This document shows positions 39,943-50,525 of a DNA stretch of 64,000 bases, in pieces. The stretch is from an uncultured Gemmatimonadales bacterium. Lineage in GTDB: Bacteria > Gemmatimonadota > Gemmatimonadetes > Gemmatimonadales > Gemmatimonadaceae. Below the pieces are notes generated by a model. That model made no database searches and was not told the origin of the DNA. It saw only the letters and a list, made by a program, of their open reading frames with translations. Position 1 is the stretch's first letter, and each line of letters begins with the position of its first letter. A program made the translations under genes and the position numbers. The stretch lies in NCBI GenBank assembly GCA_963707505.1, contig CAVPQB010000004.1, positions 256,001-320,000 of the forward strand, in the 5' to 3' direction.

Positions 39943-40026
39943 GGACGGATGATCGCCAGGAACTGGCCTGTTCACCAGCGCCATTTATTATCTTTTCGGG
40001 ATGACCACTTTGGCGACACTCCAGCC

Positions 40027-41514
40027 GTGAAAGCCACCGCGAGTCCGGAGATCCTTTCGCTCCTTCCCATCGACCGGGATTTGAGGATTCCGCTCCAGCA
40101 GCAGATCTACGATGGTCTTCGAAATGCGATTCTTACAGGGCTGCTGCGCGCGGGGCAGCGCGTCCCGTCGACTCGCGCGCTCGCGACGGACCTCGGCGTG
40201 TCGCGTCTGCCAGTGCTCACGGCCTACGATCAACTGCTGCACGAAGGGTATCTGGAAGGACGTATCGGGTCCGGAACCTTCGTGAGCGTTTCGTTGCCGG
40301 ATGATGCGCTCCGCTCCGTATCTCCGGGACAGACCCGGCAATCCGCGAAGTATTCGTCACCTCGGTCGGCGCGCAGTGGCCGTCCGTCCGATCGGCTGCC
40401 ACGCCAGCGAGATGATGGCGGGTTTCGTCCGTTTCGCGTCAGTCTACCCGCGCTCGATCAGTTCCCGCACACGATCTGGTCGCGGCTCGTCGCTCGTCAC
40501 GCGAGAGCGCTCACGCCAGCGCGAATGGCATACGGTGATCCGGCCGGCGTCGGGTCATTCAGAGCGGCAGTGGCAGAGCACCTGCGCACCGCACGCGCGG
40601 TGCGATGCGAAGCCGAGCAGGTACTCATCGTGTCTGGCTCGCAAGCAGCGTTGTGTATCTGCGCAGCGGCGCTACTCGGCCGCGGCGACGTCGTAGCGAT
40701 GGAGGATCCGGGATATCCCGGTGCGCGCTCCGCACTTGCGACAACGGGAGCAGTCATCGCACCGGTCCCGATCGATCATGAAGGGATTCAGGTAACGTCA
40801 CTCAGTGCACTCGGTTCGAAAGTACGCGCGGCATACGTGACGCCGTCACATCAGTATCCCATGGGAACGGCGATGACCGCAACGCGTCGCCTGGAGCTCA
40901 TCGAGTGGGCGACACGACATTCCGCGTGGATCCTCGAAGACGACTACGACAGCGAGTTCCGGTACGTGAGCCGTCCATTGGGTGCGCTGCAGGGAATGGA
41001 CGCGCACGAGCGCGTGATCTACATAGGCACGTTCAGCAAGGTGCTGTTCCCGTCGATTCGTGTTGGCTACATCGTAGTTCCGCCATCGCTCTGGAATGAC
41101 TTCCTCGCTGCGCGCGAGGCGCTCGACATATTTTCCCCGACCCTCTATCAGCTCGCGCTCAGGGATTTCATACGCGAGGGTCACTTCGCAAGGCATCTCC
41201 GTCGCATGCGCGCACTGTATCTGAACCGGCGCGCTGCTCTACTGGAAGGGCTCGCCAAACACTGCGACGATCGTCTTGTGATCTACAACGCCGATGCGGG
41301 GCTGCATATCTCGACTCTGCTGCCAGACGGTGTCGATGATCGCGACGTCATTCGACGCATGACTGAGAGAGGGCTATCAGGGGCCGCGCTGTCGACGTGC
41401 TATGCGGCCGATCTGTCGCAGACTGGATTGCTGCTCGGCTTTGGCGGATCCGACGAAACCAGTATCACCAATGCGACGCATGTGCTTGGGAGACTGTTGC
41501 GTCAACGTATGTAA
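40027..41514 (+). CDS. MocR/GabR family PLP-dependent transcriptional regulator
   Basis: GntR HTH (PSTRALA.DLGVSR), VTPSHQYPMG, EDDYDSEFRY and GTFSK. Confidence 0.95.
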   Translation: MKATASPEILSLLPIDRDLRIPLQQQIYDGLRNAILTGLLRAGQRVPSTRALATDLGVSRLPVLTAYDQLLHEGYLEGRIGSGTFVSVSLPDDALRSVSPGQTRQSAKYSSPRSARSGRPSDRLPRQRDDGGFRPFRVSLPALDQFPHTIWSRLVARHARALTPARMAYGDPAGVGSFRAAVAEHLRTARAVRCEAEQVLIVSGSQAALCICAAALLGRGDVVAMEDPGYPGARSALATTGAVIAPVPIDHEGIQVTSLSALGSKVRAAYVTPSHQYPMGTAMTATRRLELIEWATRHSAWILEDDYDSEFRYVSRPLGALQGMDAHERVIYIGTFSKVLFPSIRVGYIVVPPSLWNDFLAAREALDIFSPTLYQLALRDFIREGHFARHLRRMRALYLNRRAALLEGLAKHCDDRLVIYNADAGLHISTLLPDGVDDRDVIRRMTERGLSGAALSTCYAADLSQTGLLLGFGGSDETSITNATHVLGRLLRQRM

Positions 41515-41528
41515 ATAATGCCTGGACG

Positions 41529-42608
41529 CTATTGCCCCTGCCGGACCGGAGCCGACTGCGTTCCGATTGCCAGATCACGCTGATCGGTTGTGTCGCAGTC
41601 TCCACACTCCGGATCGACCGCATGAAACTCCGCCCCGACGTTCCCAGCCGGACAAACGTGAATCACCGCGTTACTCACATGAGGCACGTGATGAACGAGC
41701 TGATGCTCAACCGCCGCGGCAATGGTATGTGCCTCACCAACGCTCAGTGACGACGCAACGACGACGCTTGCTTCCGCATACAGCTGGTGCCCCATCCATC
41801 GCGCGCGCAGATCGGTGATGTCCTTCACACCATTCACTTCCAGCGCCGCTGCGCGAAGCTGATCCAGCGTCTCCGGATCCACGCCGTCGAGTATCCGTGT
41901 GAAGATCGTCTTCGCGCTGGTCCACACGATTCCGAAAATGGCGATCGTGATCACGACTCCTGCGATCGGATCGGCGATCGGGAATCCTAGATAGACGCCA
42001 ATTGCACCGGCCAGAACGGCGAGCGCTGTCCAGCCGTCAGCGCGGGCGTGATGGCCATCTGCAATGAGTGCTGCGCTCGCGATCTCGCGGCCAACCTTTA
42101 TGCGAATTATCGCCACGGTCTCATTGCCGGCGAAACTGACGATCGACGCGATAGCGACGATGGCCAGGTGGCCGATGGGTTGCGGATTCACAATGCGGGA
42201 GATTGTCTCGTAGCCCGCGAAAAGCGCATTCATGAACAGGACTGCCACCACCAGTACTCCGGCCAGATCCTCCACACGTCCATAGCCGAACGAGAAACTC
42301 CGGCCCGGCTCTCGGCGCATCAACGCGAACGCGACCCAGAGTGGGATTACGGTCGCGAAGTCGCCGAAATTGTGGATCATGTCGGCGAGCAACGCGGTAC
42401 TATGCGACATCGCGACTACGGCCAGCTCCACGATGCTGATGGCCAGCAGGAGAATCCCCGACCACTTGACCGCCCACAGGCCGCGCTCCGAGCTGGCAAT
42501 CGACGGATCCACTATCCCGTGGGAGTGGTCATGGTCGCCGTGGCCGTGCCCATGGCCATGCGTGTGGCCGGTCTCGTGCTGATCGTGCGTGTGTTGGGCC
42601 GTTCCCAT
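41529..42608 (-). CDS. Cation diffusion facilitator with His-rich N-terminus
   Basis: HGHGHGHGDHDHSHG, ALLADMIHN..D, GYGRVEDL and ADGHHARAD. Confidence 0.93.
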   Translation of the reverse strand: MGTAQHTHDQHETGHTHGHGHGHGDHDHSHGIVDPSIASSERGLWAVKWSGILLLAISIVELAVVAMSHSTALLADMIHNFGDFATVIPLWVAFALMRREPGRSFSFGYGRVEDLAGVLVVAVLFMNALFAGYETISRIVNPQPIGHLAIVAIASIVSFAGNETVAIIRIKVGREIASAALIADGHHARADGWTALAVLAGAIGVYLGFPIADPIAGVVITIAIFGIVWTSAKTIFTRILDGVDPETLDQLRAAALEVNGVKDITDLRARWMGHQLYAEASVVVASSLSVGEAHTIAAAVEHQLVHHVPHVSNAVIHVCPAGNVGAEFHAVDPECGDCDTTDQRDLAIGTQSAPVRQGQ

Positions 42609-42667
42609 CGCTAGTTTGTCCCGAAGGCGGATGCGTCTTGCCGATGCTACCTGAACCATAGAAATAT

Positions 42668-44215
42668 ATGCGCACGCTGTACGTGCTCTCGCGCGTGCTT
42701 CCATTCATCCTCTCGTTCCGGCGCGATGTGAGGCGCTGGATCGTGATCGGACGGCCGGCGAAGCGCTCGAAGTCGTTCCATGCGCGCCGCGCGGAACGCC
42801 TCGTTGCGACGATCGCCAAACTCGGGCCCAGCTTCGTCAAGATCGGACAGATTTTCGCCGGCCGCGCGGATCTCCTGCCAGAGCCCTACCTGAGCGCTGT
42901 GAGTACGCTCACCGACCGCGTTCCGGCCGTCCCGGTCGAGCAGATAGAGCAGGTAATTCTCGAAAGCTATGGCCGTCCGGTAACCGACTTGTTCACCGAC
43001 TGGCATCGCGTTCCGCTCGCGTCCGCGTCGCTCGGCCAGGTCCATCGCGCACGCTATCTCGACGTCGACGTTGTCGTGAAGGTGCTGCGCCCGCGCATCG
43101 AGCGAACCGTCGCATCCGATGTCAAGGCGTCCGACTTCATCCTTCGATGGGCTGAGCACTTCTTCCCAAATCCTCATGTGCTCGGATTGCGCGCAATACT
43201 CGCTGAGTTTGCGCGCAGAATCGGCGATGAGATGGACTTTCGCAAGGAAGGAGAATACGCCGAGCGCATCCGCAACAACTTCGCGTTCAATCCGAAAGTT
43301 GCGGTGCCGATAGTGTTCGCAGAGATGACGCGGCAACGCGCGCTGGTGCTCGAGTACATGGCCGGAACGCGCATCGACGCACTCGCACCGTTGATCGCGA
43401 GCGGCAAGGTCGATACCGAATATCTGGTGCGCACGGTGATGGAGCTGTACGTGCAGATGATGCTCGTCGATGGATTCTTCCACGCGGACCCGCACCCTGG
43501 AAATCTTCTGTGGGGCGACGACGGACGCATCGTCCTGCTCGACTTCGGGCTCGTCGTCGACGTTCCGCAATCGACGCGGCTCGCGCTGGTGCGCACTGTC
43601 TTCGCCGCAATCAAGAAGGACGCGTCAGGCGTCGTCGATGGCTTCTACGCACTCGGCCTCGTTCAGGAAGGTGTTGACCGGCACGTCATCGTGCGACTCG
43701 TGGAAACTCTGCTCGGCATCGCGTTCGAGCGCACCACCGCACAGGAACGGATCGAGTTCGTCGAGCGTGAGCTGCTCGCGGATCAGGTGCTCGAAACGCT
43801 GTACGATTTCCCCGTGATACTACCACCCGACATGGTGTACTTCGCGCGCACCGCTGCGCTCATCGAAGGACTCGGCGCTCGCTACGATGCGCGCTTCAAT
43901 GCGCTGCTCGTCGTCGCACCAATCGCCCTCAAGATGCGTCGCGAGATCCTGACATCGCTCGGTGAGATGGACCGGCTCGACGCCAGAGATCCAGTTCAGG
44001 TCTTCTCGGGCTTCCTTCGCGCAGCGGGCGGGATCGTATCGAGAGCCGCGCGCGAGCTCAGCATGGTGGCAATCGAAGCGATCAGCACGATCCAGCCGAG
44101 CCAGGAAATACGCTCCGCCCAGTCGAGATCTGCGAGCACGCGCCAGATAACGAGCGGTGCAGTGAATACGGTTGCGAGAGTGGAGGAGCCGGGATCGGGA
44201 GAGTCGCGTACGTAA
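42668..44215 (+). CDS. ABC1/UbiB (AarF) family atypical kinase
   Basis: LGPSFVKIGQ, ASASLGQVH, VKVLRP, FHADPHPGN and LLDFG. Confidence 0.93.
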   Translation: MRTLYVLSRVLPFILSFRRDVRRWIVIGRPAKRSKSFHARRAERLVATIAKLGPSFVKIGQIFAGRADLLPEPYLSAVSTLTDRVPAVPVEQIEQVILESYGRPVTDLFTDWHRVPLASASLGQVHRARYLDVDVVVKVLRPRIERTVASDVKASDFILRWAEHFFPNPHVLGLRAILAEFARRIGDEMDFRKEGEYAERIRNNFAFNPKVAVPIVFAEMTRQRALVLEYMAGTRIDALAPLIASGKVDTEYLVRTVMELYVQMMLVDGFFHADPHPGNLLWGDDGRIVLLDFGLVVDVPQSTRLALVRTVFAAIKKDASGVVDGFYALGLVQEGVDRHVIVRLVETLLGIAFERTTAQERIEFVERELLADQVLETLYDFPVILPPDMVYFARTAALIEGLGARYDARFNALLVVAPIALKMRREILTSLGEMDRLDARDPVQVFSGFLRAAGGIVSRAARELSMVAIEAISTIQPSQEIRSAQSRSASTRQITSGAVNTVARVEEPGSGESRT

Positions 44216-45411
44216 ACGCGCACCGCGTGGCGCCGCTCGATTCTGATTCCACGCTGAATTGCCGAATCGAGTTGTGCGGAGTTCATCGCGCGCCAGTCCG
44301 GAATCTGCATCACGCTCCAGCCTGCGGCGGTGCTGCCGTAACCGTGATTATCCGATCCAGCGACGACCGCGAGATTCAGCGTATCCGCGAATCGAATGAT
44401 TGCTGCTCTGCGCTTCTGTATGACGCCGACCCCCTTTGGCGCCGCGTCGCTCAACTCGACAGCGTAGAGTCGCGCGAATCCGTGCTTTTCATTCTCGGGG
44501 ATCATGTCGATGTTACCGGGAATCGTGAGAATGAGCAGCGGTGCCGCGGCGGTTACGGCAAGTGCCGTGTCGCGTTCCGGATCGTGCCAGTTGCCCTTTG
44601 GATCTATCGCGAACGTCGAGTCGATTCCGATTGCGACTATGTGCTCGTACTGGTCGCGCGCTTCGAGCCCGGGGAGCAGGATAGTGCCGTCACCGGCGTG
44701 GGCAGGATTGCGCCGCATCCCGGCCAACGCGCCTGCAAGACTCTTGTGGTCAGTCACGTACGCGACATCGAACCCCGCGCCCGTATGCCAGGCGCGATTG
44801 CGCTCCGGCGTGAACCATGACCTTCCGTCCCACGAAGAGTTGGTGTGACTGTGAAAGTCGATCACGACGTCGTTGGGGTCGTGCATCATGATCGCTGCCA
44901 TCGGCCGCGGAATCACGGCCCCGGTCGCGTAAACGATCAGAATCACTCCCAGCGTCGCGAGTGCAATGCCAGCTTCACGAAAAATTGATGTGCGTACGGA
45001 CCGCGCGCGCAACACTCTCCAGGCGATGACGCAGAGGACCGCGGTCGCGAGCACGGCTGCGTGCTGTTGCAACGACAGCAACGTCAGAGCGTCCAGTACC
45101 GTGCAGATCGGTGCGAACATCGTGTACGCTGCCGAGTGGATGAGGGTCGCGTCTGGCGCCGGCAGCCCGGTCTCCGCGTTCAGGATCGGCGTCGCCCCGA
45201 CTATGGAGGTAGCGAGGACGAGAATGGCTGCGAAAGCAGCTACGATGAAGCCAATCGAGTTTTTTGAGGATCTCACTGCCGGAAATCTATTTTGGCGATC
45301 GCGGCGCGGCGATTGCGATAGGGGTATCCGCGTCGCCGTGACAGCGAGTGGGCCGGCCGCCACGTAACTTAGACGCCATACCACAATGAAACGAGGAACC
45401 CAATGAGACAT
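43996..45411 (-). CDS. Membrane-bound PHP-domain metallophosphoesterase (start uncertain)
   Basis: DFHSHT, VTDH and GSDNHG, with several TM helices. Confidence 0.8.
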   Translation of the reverse strand: MSHWVPRFIVVWRLSYVAAGPLAVTATRIPLSQSPRRDRQNRFPAVRSSKNSIGFIVAAFAAILVLATSIVGATPILNAETGLPAPDATLIHSAAYTMFAPICTVLDALTLLSLQQHAAVLATAVLCVIAWRVLRARSVRTSIFREAGIALATLGVILIVYATGAVIPRPMAAIMMHDPNDVVIDFHSHTNSSWDGRSWFTPERNRAWHTGAGFDVAYVTDHKSLAGALAGMRRNPAHAGDGTILLPGLEARDQYEHIVAIGIDSTFAIDPKGNWHDPERDTALAVTAAAPLLILTIPGNIDMIPENEKHGFARLYAVELSDAAPKGVGVIQKRRAAIIRFADTLNLAVVAGSDNHGYGSTAAGWSVMQIPDWRAMNSAQLDSAIQRGIRIERRHAVRVYVRDSPDPGSSTLATVFTAPLVIWRVLADLDWAERISWLGWIVLIASIATMLSSRAALDTIPPAARRKPEKT

Positions 45412-45777
45412 CTGTTCGCTTCGCTAGCTGTAGCCGTCGCACTTGCTCCTGCTGCGCTAGCCGCGCAGAGCTTTTCCGCACCCACCGCACTCGTGCCGCC
45501 GTCACCGGCGCCGGTCGTTGCATCTGCCCCGGCGACTACCCCGTCGATGGTCCGGCCGGACGTAGCCGGCATCAGCGTCAAGGCCGACGCGAACGCCCCG
45601 CTCGCCGTCAACACGGCTGCCGCGGCCGGATTGCACCAGGGCGAGGGCGTCGCACTGATGGCAGTCGGCGGGGCAGGACTTGTCGCAGGTCTCTTGATTG
45701 GCGATAGCGCCGGAACGGCGATCGCGATCGGTGGTTTGGCTGTGGGATTGGTCGGACTGTACGAATACGTACGATAA
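45403..45777 (+). CDS. Small secreted/membrane protein with glycine-zipper C-terminus
   Basis: GAGG RBS, signal peptide, Pro/Ala linker and GxxxG helices. Confidence 0.7.
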   Translation: MRHLFASLAVAVALAPAALAAQSFSAPTALVPPSPAPVVASAPATTPSMVRPDVAGISVKADANAPLAVNTAAAAGLHQGEGVALMAVGGAGLVAGLLIGDSAGTAIAIGGLAVGLVGLYEYVR

Positions 45778-45788
45778 ATCGTATCTGT

Positions 45789-45824
45789 AATTCGTCATTC
45801 CCGCTTTCGCGGGAATGACGAATT
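45789..45824. repeat. Solo palindromic REP, probably also a bidirectional terminator
   Basis: AATTCGTCATTCCCGCTTTCGCGGGAATGACGAATT forms a 16-bp stem, then a T-run, between convergent genes. Confidence 0.9.
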
Positions 45825-45830
45825 TTTCTA

Positions 45831-48365
45831 CTACACCGCCACCGCTAACGGCGCCTCTTCCTTCGCCGGCTCCAGTGCGTATTGCAGCACCTCGGTCAGC
45901 GTCTCCACCGGATGGAAGGTCAGCTGCGACCTCACTTCATCCGGAATGTCGTCGATGTCCGGCTCGTTTGCCTTGGGCAGGATGATGTGCTTGATGCCGG
46001 CGCGGTGAGCACCGAGCACCTTCTCCTTCAAACCGCCGATCGGCAATGCGCGACCACGAAGTGTGATCTCGCCCGTCATCGCAACGTCGCGACGTACCGG
46101 ACGGTCACTCATCTCGGAGACGAGCGCTGTCGCAATCGCCAGTCCGGCACTCGGTCCGTCCTTCGGAATTGCTCCCGCAGGAACGTGAATGTGCGCTTCA
46201 ATAGATCCAAGTCTGTCCTTCGGAATTCCAAGTCGTGCTGCGTTGTTGGTTGCGTAAGTAAACGCCGCACGTGCTGACTCCTTCATGACGTCGCCCAGCT
46301 GACCCGTGAGGATGAGCGACACCGCGCCGCCCACTCCTGCGGTCTCGACACTGTCGTTCGAGCGGTTTCCGTAGAAGCGCCGTATCGACGCCTCGACGAA
46401 CATGATGTCCCCGCCCATCGGCGTGTAGTACATACCCGTCGCGACACCAACCTCGTTCTGTGCCTGGATATGCTCCGGATGCACCTTCGGTCTTCCGAGT
46501 AGAGTGCGTACCTCGTCGGCATCGACGACCTTCGGCACTTCGTCGTTGCTCGCGATCTTGCGTGCGAGTTTCCGCGCAACCGCGCCGATCTGACGCTCGA
46601 GCTGACGAACGCCAGCTTCACGAGTGTAGTTCGACACGACCGACATCACCGCATCATCGGTGAACTCGATTCCCTTGTCGTTCAGTCCGCTTTCCTCGAG
46701 CTGCTTCGGAAGCAGATACTTCTTAGCGATCTCCGCCTTCTCACGCTCGGTGTAGCCGGCAAAATCGACGACTTCCATGCGATCGAGCAGCGGACCTGGG
46801 ATGTTCTGAATGAAGTTCGCTGTCGCGATGAACAGCACCTCGCTCAGATCGAACGGGATGTTGAGATAGTGATCGGTGAACGTGTCGTTCTGCGCTGGAT
46901 CGAGAACCTCGAGCAGCGCCGACGACGGATCACCCTGATACGACACGCCAAGCTTGTCCACCTCGTCCAGCAGGAAGACAGGATTCCTGGTTCCAGCCTG
47001 CTTCATCCCCTGTAGGATTCGGCCGGGCATTGCACCGACGTACGTGCGACGGTGACCGCGGATATCAGCCTCGTCGCGCGCTCCGCCCAAGGCGATGCGC
47101 ACGTACTCGCGATTGAGCGAGCGGGCGATCGATTTCGCGATCGACGTCTTGCCGACGCCGGGCGGTCCGACGAACAGAAGAATCGGTCCCTTCGCCATCG
47201 CACGGGACTTGACCTCCTTCTCATCCGTGATCGACTCGGCCTCAGGCTCCTCGCCGAGTGACGGCGTTGCCTCGTCCTTCTCGACACGCAGCTTTTCCGC
47301 AGGTACGGCGCCAGTCTCCTTGACCTCCTCGGCGAGCTGCTGTGCCCTGAGCTGACGAACCGCCAGGAATTCGAGCACGCGATCCTTCACGTCCTGCAGC
47401 CCGTAGTGATCCGCGTCCAGAACCTCGGTCGCATGCTTGAGGTCGAGGTCGTCGTTCGAACGATCGTTCCAGGGGAGCTCGGCAATCCATTCCAGATAGG
47501 TACGGATGACCTGGGCTTCCATGGACTCGCGTCCGGACCGCTCGAGTCTGCCGAGCTCGCGCTCGACTTCGGCTCGGCCTTCCTTTGGCAGATGGAGCTT
47601 GGATAGTTTCTCCCGGAGCTCCTCGACTTCCTTGGACGAGTCTCCGTCGCCCAACTCCTTCTGGATCGCCTTCATCTGCTCGCGGAGGTACATCTCGCGC
47701 TGCCGCTCGCCCAGCTCTTCCTGGACCTGTGACTTGATGTCCTCCTGGGCCTCGAGCATCTCGATCTGGCGCTGCACCTGAACCAGCACGCGGCGCAGGC
47801 GCTCCTCGACGCTCAGTGTCTCGAGCAGACCCTGCTTTTCCGCGACGGGTAGATCGATGTAGCCGGCCACGAGGTCGGCGAACCGCCCTGGCTCGGTGAC
47901 CGATTCCAGGACCTGATGGACGACCTCTTCAGGGAGGCCGCGCTTCTCACCCAGCTCGCCGGCCCGCTCCCGGGTTTCCTTTTCCAGCGCTTCGAAGGCG
48001 GCGTCATTCTCGTCCACCGGGTTCATCTCCTCGGCGGGAACGACCACGGCGCTCAGGAAGCCCTCGGTCGTGGTGTACTGCAGGGCGGTTGCGCGCTGCT
48101 CGCCCTGGAGCAGGAGCTGGACACCGCCCAGGCCGCGCTGGATCTGCCCGATCCGGGCGATGACGCCCATAGAGTAAAGGATGTCCGCCGTGGGCTCATC
48201 GCTGTTATCGCGCTGCGCGACGGCGAAAACGAGCCGGTCGGCCTTGAGGGCTGACTCGATTGCTCGCAAGGTTCCCGGGCGACCCGCCGAGATGGGCGAG
48301 GTGAGGCCTGGGAACATGACCGTTCCTCTCAAAGGAAGAACGGGAATAGTCTGACGTTGTGCCAT
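45831..48365 (-). CDS. lon: ATP-dependent Lon protease
   Basis: PVLPLR N-domain, [33 protein letters not shown] (catalytic Ser) and GGLKEK. Confidence 0.97.
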   Translation of the reverse strand: MAQRQTIPVLPLRGTVMFPGLTSPISAGRPGTLRAIESALKADRLVFAVAQRDNSDEPTADILYSMGVIARIGQIQRGLGGVQLLLQGEQRATALQYTTTEGFLSAVVVPAEEMNPVDENDAAFEALEKETRERAGELGEKRGLPEEVVHQVLESVTEPGRFADLVAGYIDLPVAEKQGLLETLSVEERLRRVLVQVQRQIEMLEAQEDIKSQVQEELGERQREMYLREQMKAIQKELGDGDSSKEVEELREKLSKLHLPKEGRAEVERELGRLERSGRESMEAQVIRTYLEWIAELPWNDRSNDDLDLKHATEVLDADHYGLQDVKDRVLEFLAVRQLRAQQLAEEVKETGAVPAEKLRVEKDEATPSLGEEPEAESITDEKEVKSRAMAKGPILLFVGPPGVGKTSIAKSIARSLNREYVRIALGGARDEADIRGHRRTYVGAMPGRILQGMKQAGTRNPVFLLDEVDKLGVSYQGDPSSALLEVLDPAQNDTFTDHYLNIPFDLSEVLFIATANFIQNIPGPLLDRMEVVDFAGYTEREKAEIAKKYLLPKQLEESGLNDKGIEFTDDAVMSVVSNYTREAGVRQLERQIGAVARKLARKIASNDEVPKVVDADEVRTLLGRPKVHPEHIQAQNEVGVATGMYYTPMGGDIMFVEASIRRFYGNRSNDSVETAGVGGAVSLILTGQLGDVMKESARAAFTYATNNAARLGIPKDRLGSIEAHIHVPAGAIPKDGPSAGLAIATALVSEMSDRPVRRDVAMTGEITLRGRALPIGGLKEKVLGAHRAGIKHIILPKANEPDIDDIPDEVRSQLTFHPVETLTEVLQYALEPAKEEAPLAVAV

Positions 48366-48565
48366 GATGGAATTATCGGATTCGTCGTGGACGCCGAGCG
48401 GCAGTTGATCGAGTGATCTGATCGAGTCTGCCATTTGGCGCAAACCGTGAGCCGTATCGCGTGTCTAACGCGCAACGGCCCCGATGACGCTAAATTGCAT
48501 ATTCCGCGCACCAAGTTCCACGCCAGCACGGCAGGATTCTTTATGGTAGCATGCCGGTCTGACGT

Positions 48566-50525
48566 ATGACCGAGCCCGAAAGTCTGCCAAACCGGCCTGA
48601 CGATGCGCTACGCGCACAGTTGGGTCGGGTGCTCGAGGCCAACTACGAGCTCGATCAGGAGATCGGCCGAGGAGGCATGGGCATTGTTTACCGTGCCCGC
48701 GATCGCCGACTCAAACGTCTCGTTGCTGTAAAGGTTCTTCCGCCCGACCTCGCGTATCGTGCGGATATTCGTTCGCGCTTTCTGCGCGAGGCGGAAACAT
48801 CTGCACAACTAAGCCACCCGTCGATCGTTCCCATTTATACGGTCGAAGAAGCGGACAATCTCGTCTTCTTCATCATGGGATACGTCAACGGGGACACGAT
48901 CGCGCAACGCCTGCGGCAGCGCGGCCCAATGGCTCCGGAAGAAGCGCGCCGGATTCTGTGTGAAGTCGCCGACGCGCTCGCATACGCGCAACGCGCGCAA
49001 TGTTGTACACCGGGACATCAAGCCGGATAACATCCTGCTCGATTCCGATAGCGGTCGTGCGATGGTGACGGATTTCGGAATCGCGCGCGCGGTGAGCGAA
49101 GGCAATGATACGCGTCTCACTACTACCGGTCTCGCGATCGGAACGCCGGCCTACATGTCGCCGGAGCAGTGCGCGGGCGATCGCGGCGTGGATGGCCGGA
49201 GCGACATTTATTCCCTGGGTGTCGTTGGTTATCAGATGCTGTCGGGCGATCTCCCGTTCGTCGCATCGAACACGCCCGGCATGTTCGTGAAGCATCTCAC
49301 GGAACAACCCCGCCCGATCGGCGAGCGCGTGCAGGACCTGCCCGAAGACCTCGGCGCGATCATCATGCGTTGTCTTGCGAAGGAGCCGAGTGATCGGTTC
49401 GCGACAGCGACGGCACTCGTGGATGCGCTCAACGGACGGACGCAGACGCTCGGTGTTCCGTCCAATTCCCCATACCAGCCGCGTCCCGCGGCGGAGCCGA
49501 TCCGCACGCAACAGATGAGCCGGCCGCAAACGCCGGTTCGGCCCACTTACAATCCGTCGCGCGCCGTGGAGATGGCGCGCTGGGAAGCGCAGCCGGTTCG
49601 TGCGTATCGCAAGAAAGTCATAACATGGCTCGCCGTCAGCGCCGCGTTCATACCGCTCGGCATTTTCGGTGACCATTCATTCTTCTTCATAGATGCCGTC
49701 TGGGGTGCGACGATAGCCGTCGGCTACTCCAAGCTGTGGAATCGCGGCTATGATTGGCGCGACGTGTTTCGCCAGCCGCGCGATGCGCTCTTCGCCGACG
49801 TGGTGAACGAGCGGATCGACGATGCGCGCGCGCTGTTCGATCCACAGAAGCGCGAGATCGCGCGCGAGCGTCTGCGTGCGCGCATGCGCGACGGAAGTGG
49901 CCTCACGTCCTTTTCGCCGATGCCGTCCGGTCTGGCGCCGGGACCCATGCAGGGAATGACGGGATTTCACTCCACCATTTCTGCAGACGTCGTCGAGCGC
50001 TACCCGATCGTGCAGGAAGCAGCCGTTGCACGGGCGGACATTCAGCGAATGATGAACGGGTTGTCGGATGAAGAGCGCAAGCTCGTTCCGGATGTGGCGT
50101 CATCCGCGGACTCACTGTACGTCCGCATCGAGCAGCTGGTATCCGCGATCGACAACATGGACCGCGCGAACGTGCCCGGAATGGGTGACGCGATCGAGCG
50201 CGAGATCAGCGAGCTGGAAGCGGAAGCAAATCCGCTGGAGGAAGAGGCGAGCGAGGGACGCGTGCGTCGACTGGTACAGCTTCGCCGGCAACGCGTGTCG
50301 CTGCGCGAGATGCGCAACCGGCGCGGAGCGGCAGACAACAAGTTGAACCGCGCGATCAGCGCGATGCGGCAGCTTCGCATGGATGTCGGCCGTCTCTCGA
50401 CCGGCACGCGCTCATACGACAGCGTTACGCAGGTTGCGGAACAGGCGGTGGCGATCGGAAAGGAAGTCGATGCCGTACTGTACGCGCAGGACGAGATGGC
50501 GAGAGTCCTCCGGCGTGATAGCTGA
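48566..50525 (+). CDS. Hanks-type Ser/Thr protein kinase with 2 TM helices and C-terminal coiled coil (frameshift at about 48990)
   Basis: GRGGMG and VAVK lie in the first frame. HRDIKPDN, DFG and GTPAYMSPE lie in the second. One extra A in GCGCAACGCG. Confidence 0.92.

Noticed and set aside
33447..50525. Frameshifts in ClC, PBP1A, the beta-barrel, NIPSNAP and the Ser/Thr kinase as programmed frameshifts or pseudogenes
   Set aside because: Those I could reconstruct are single extra bases duplicating a neighbour (GGTCCCGGCG at about 36093, GGCGGGACGG at about 36516, GCGCAACGCG at about 48990). They have no slippery heptamer and catalytic motifs are intact, which is typical of long-read error.
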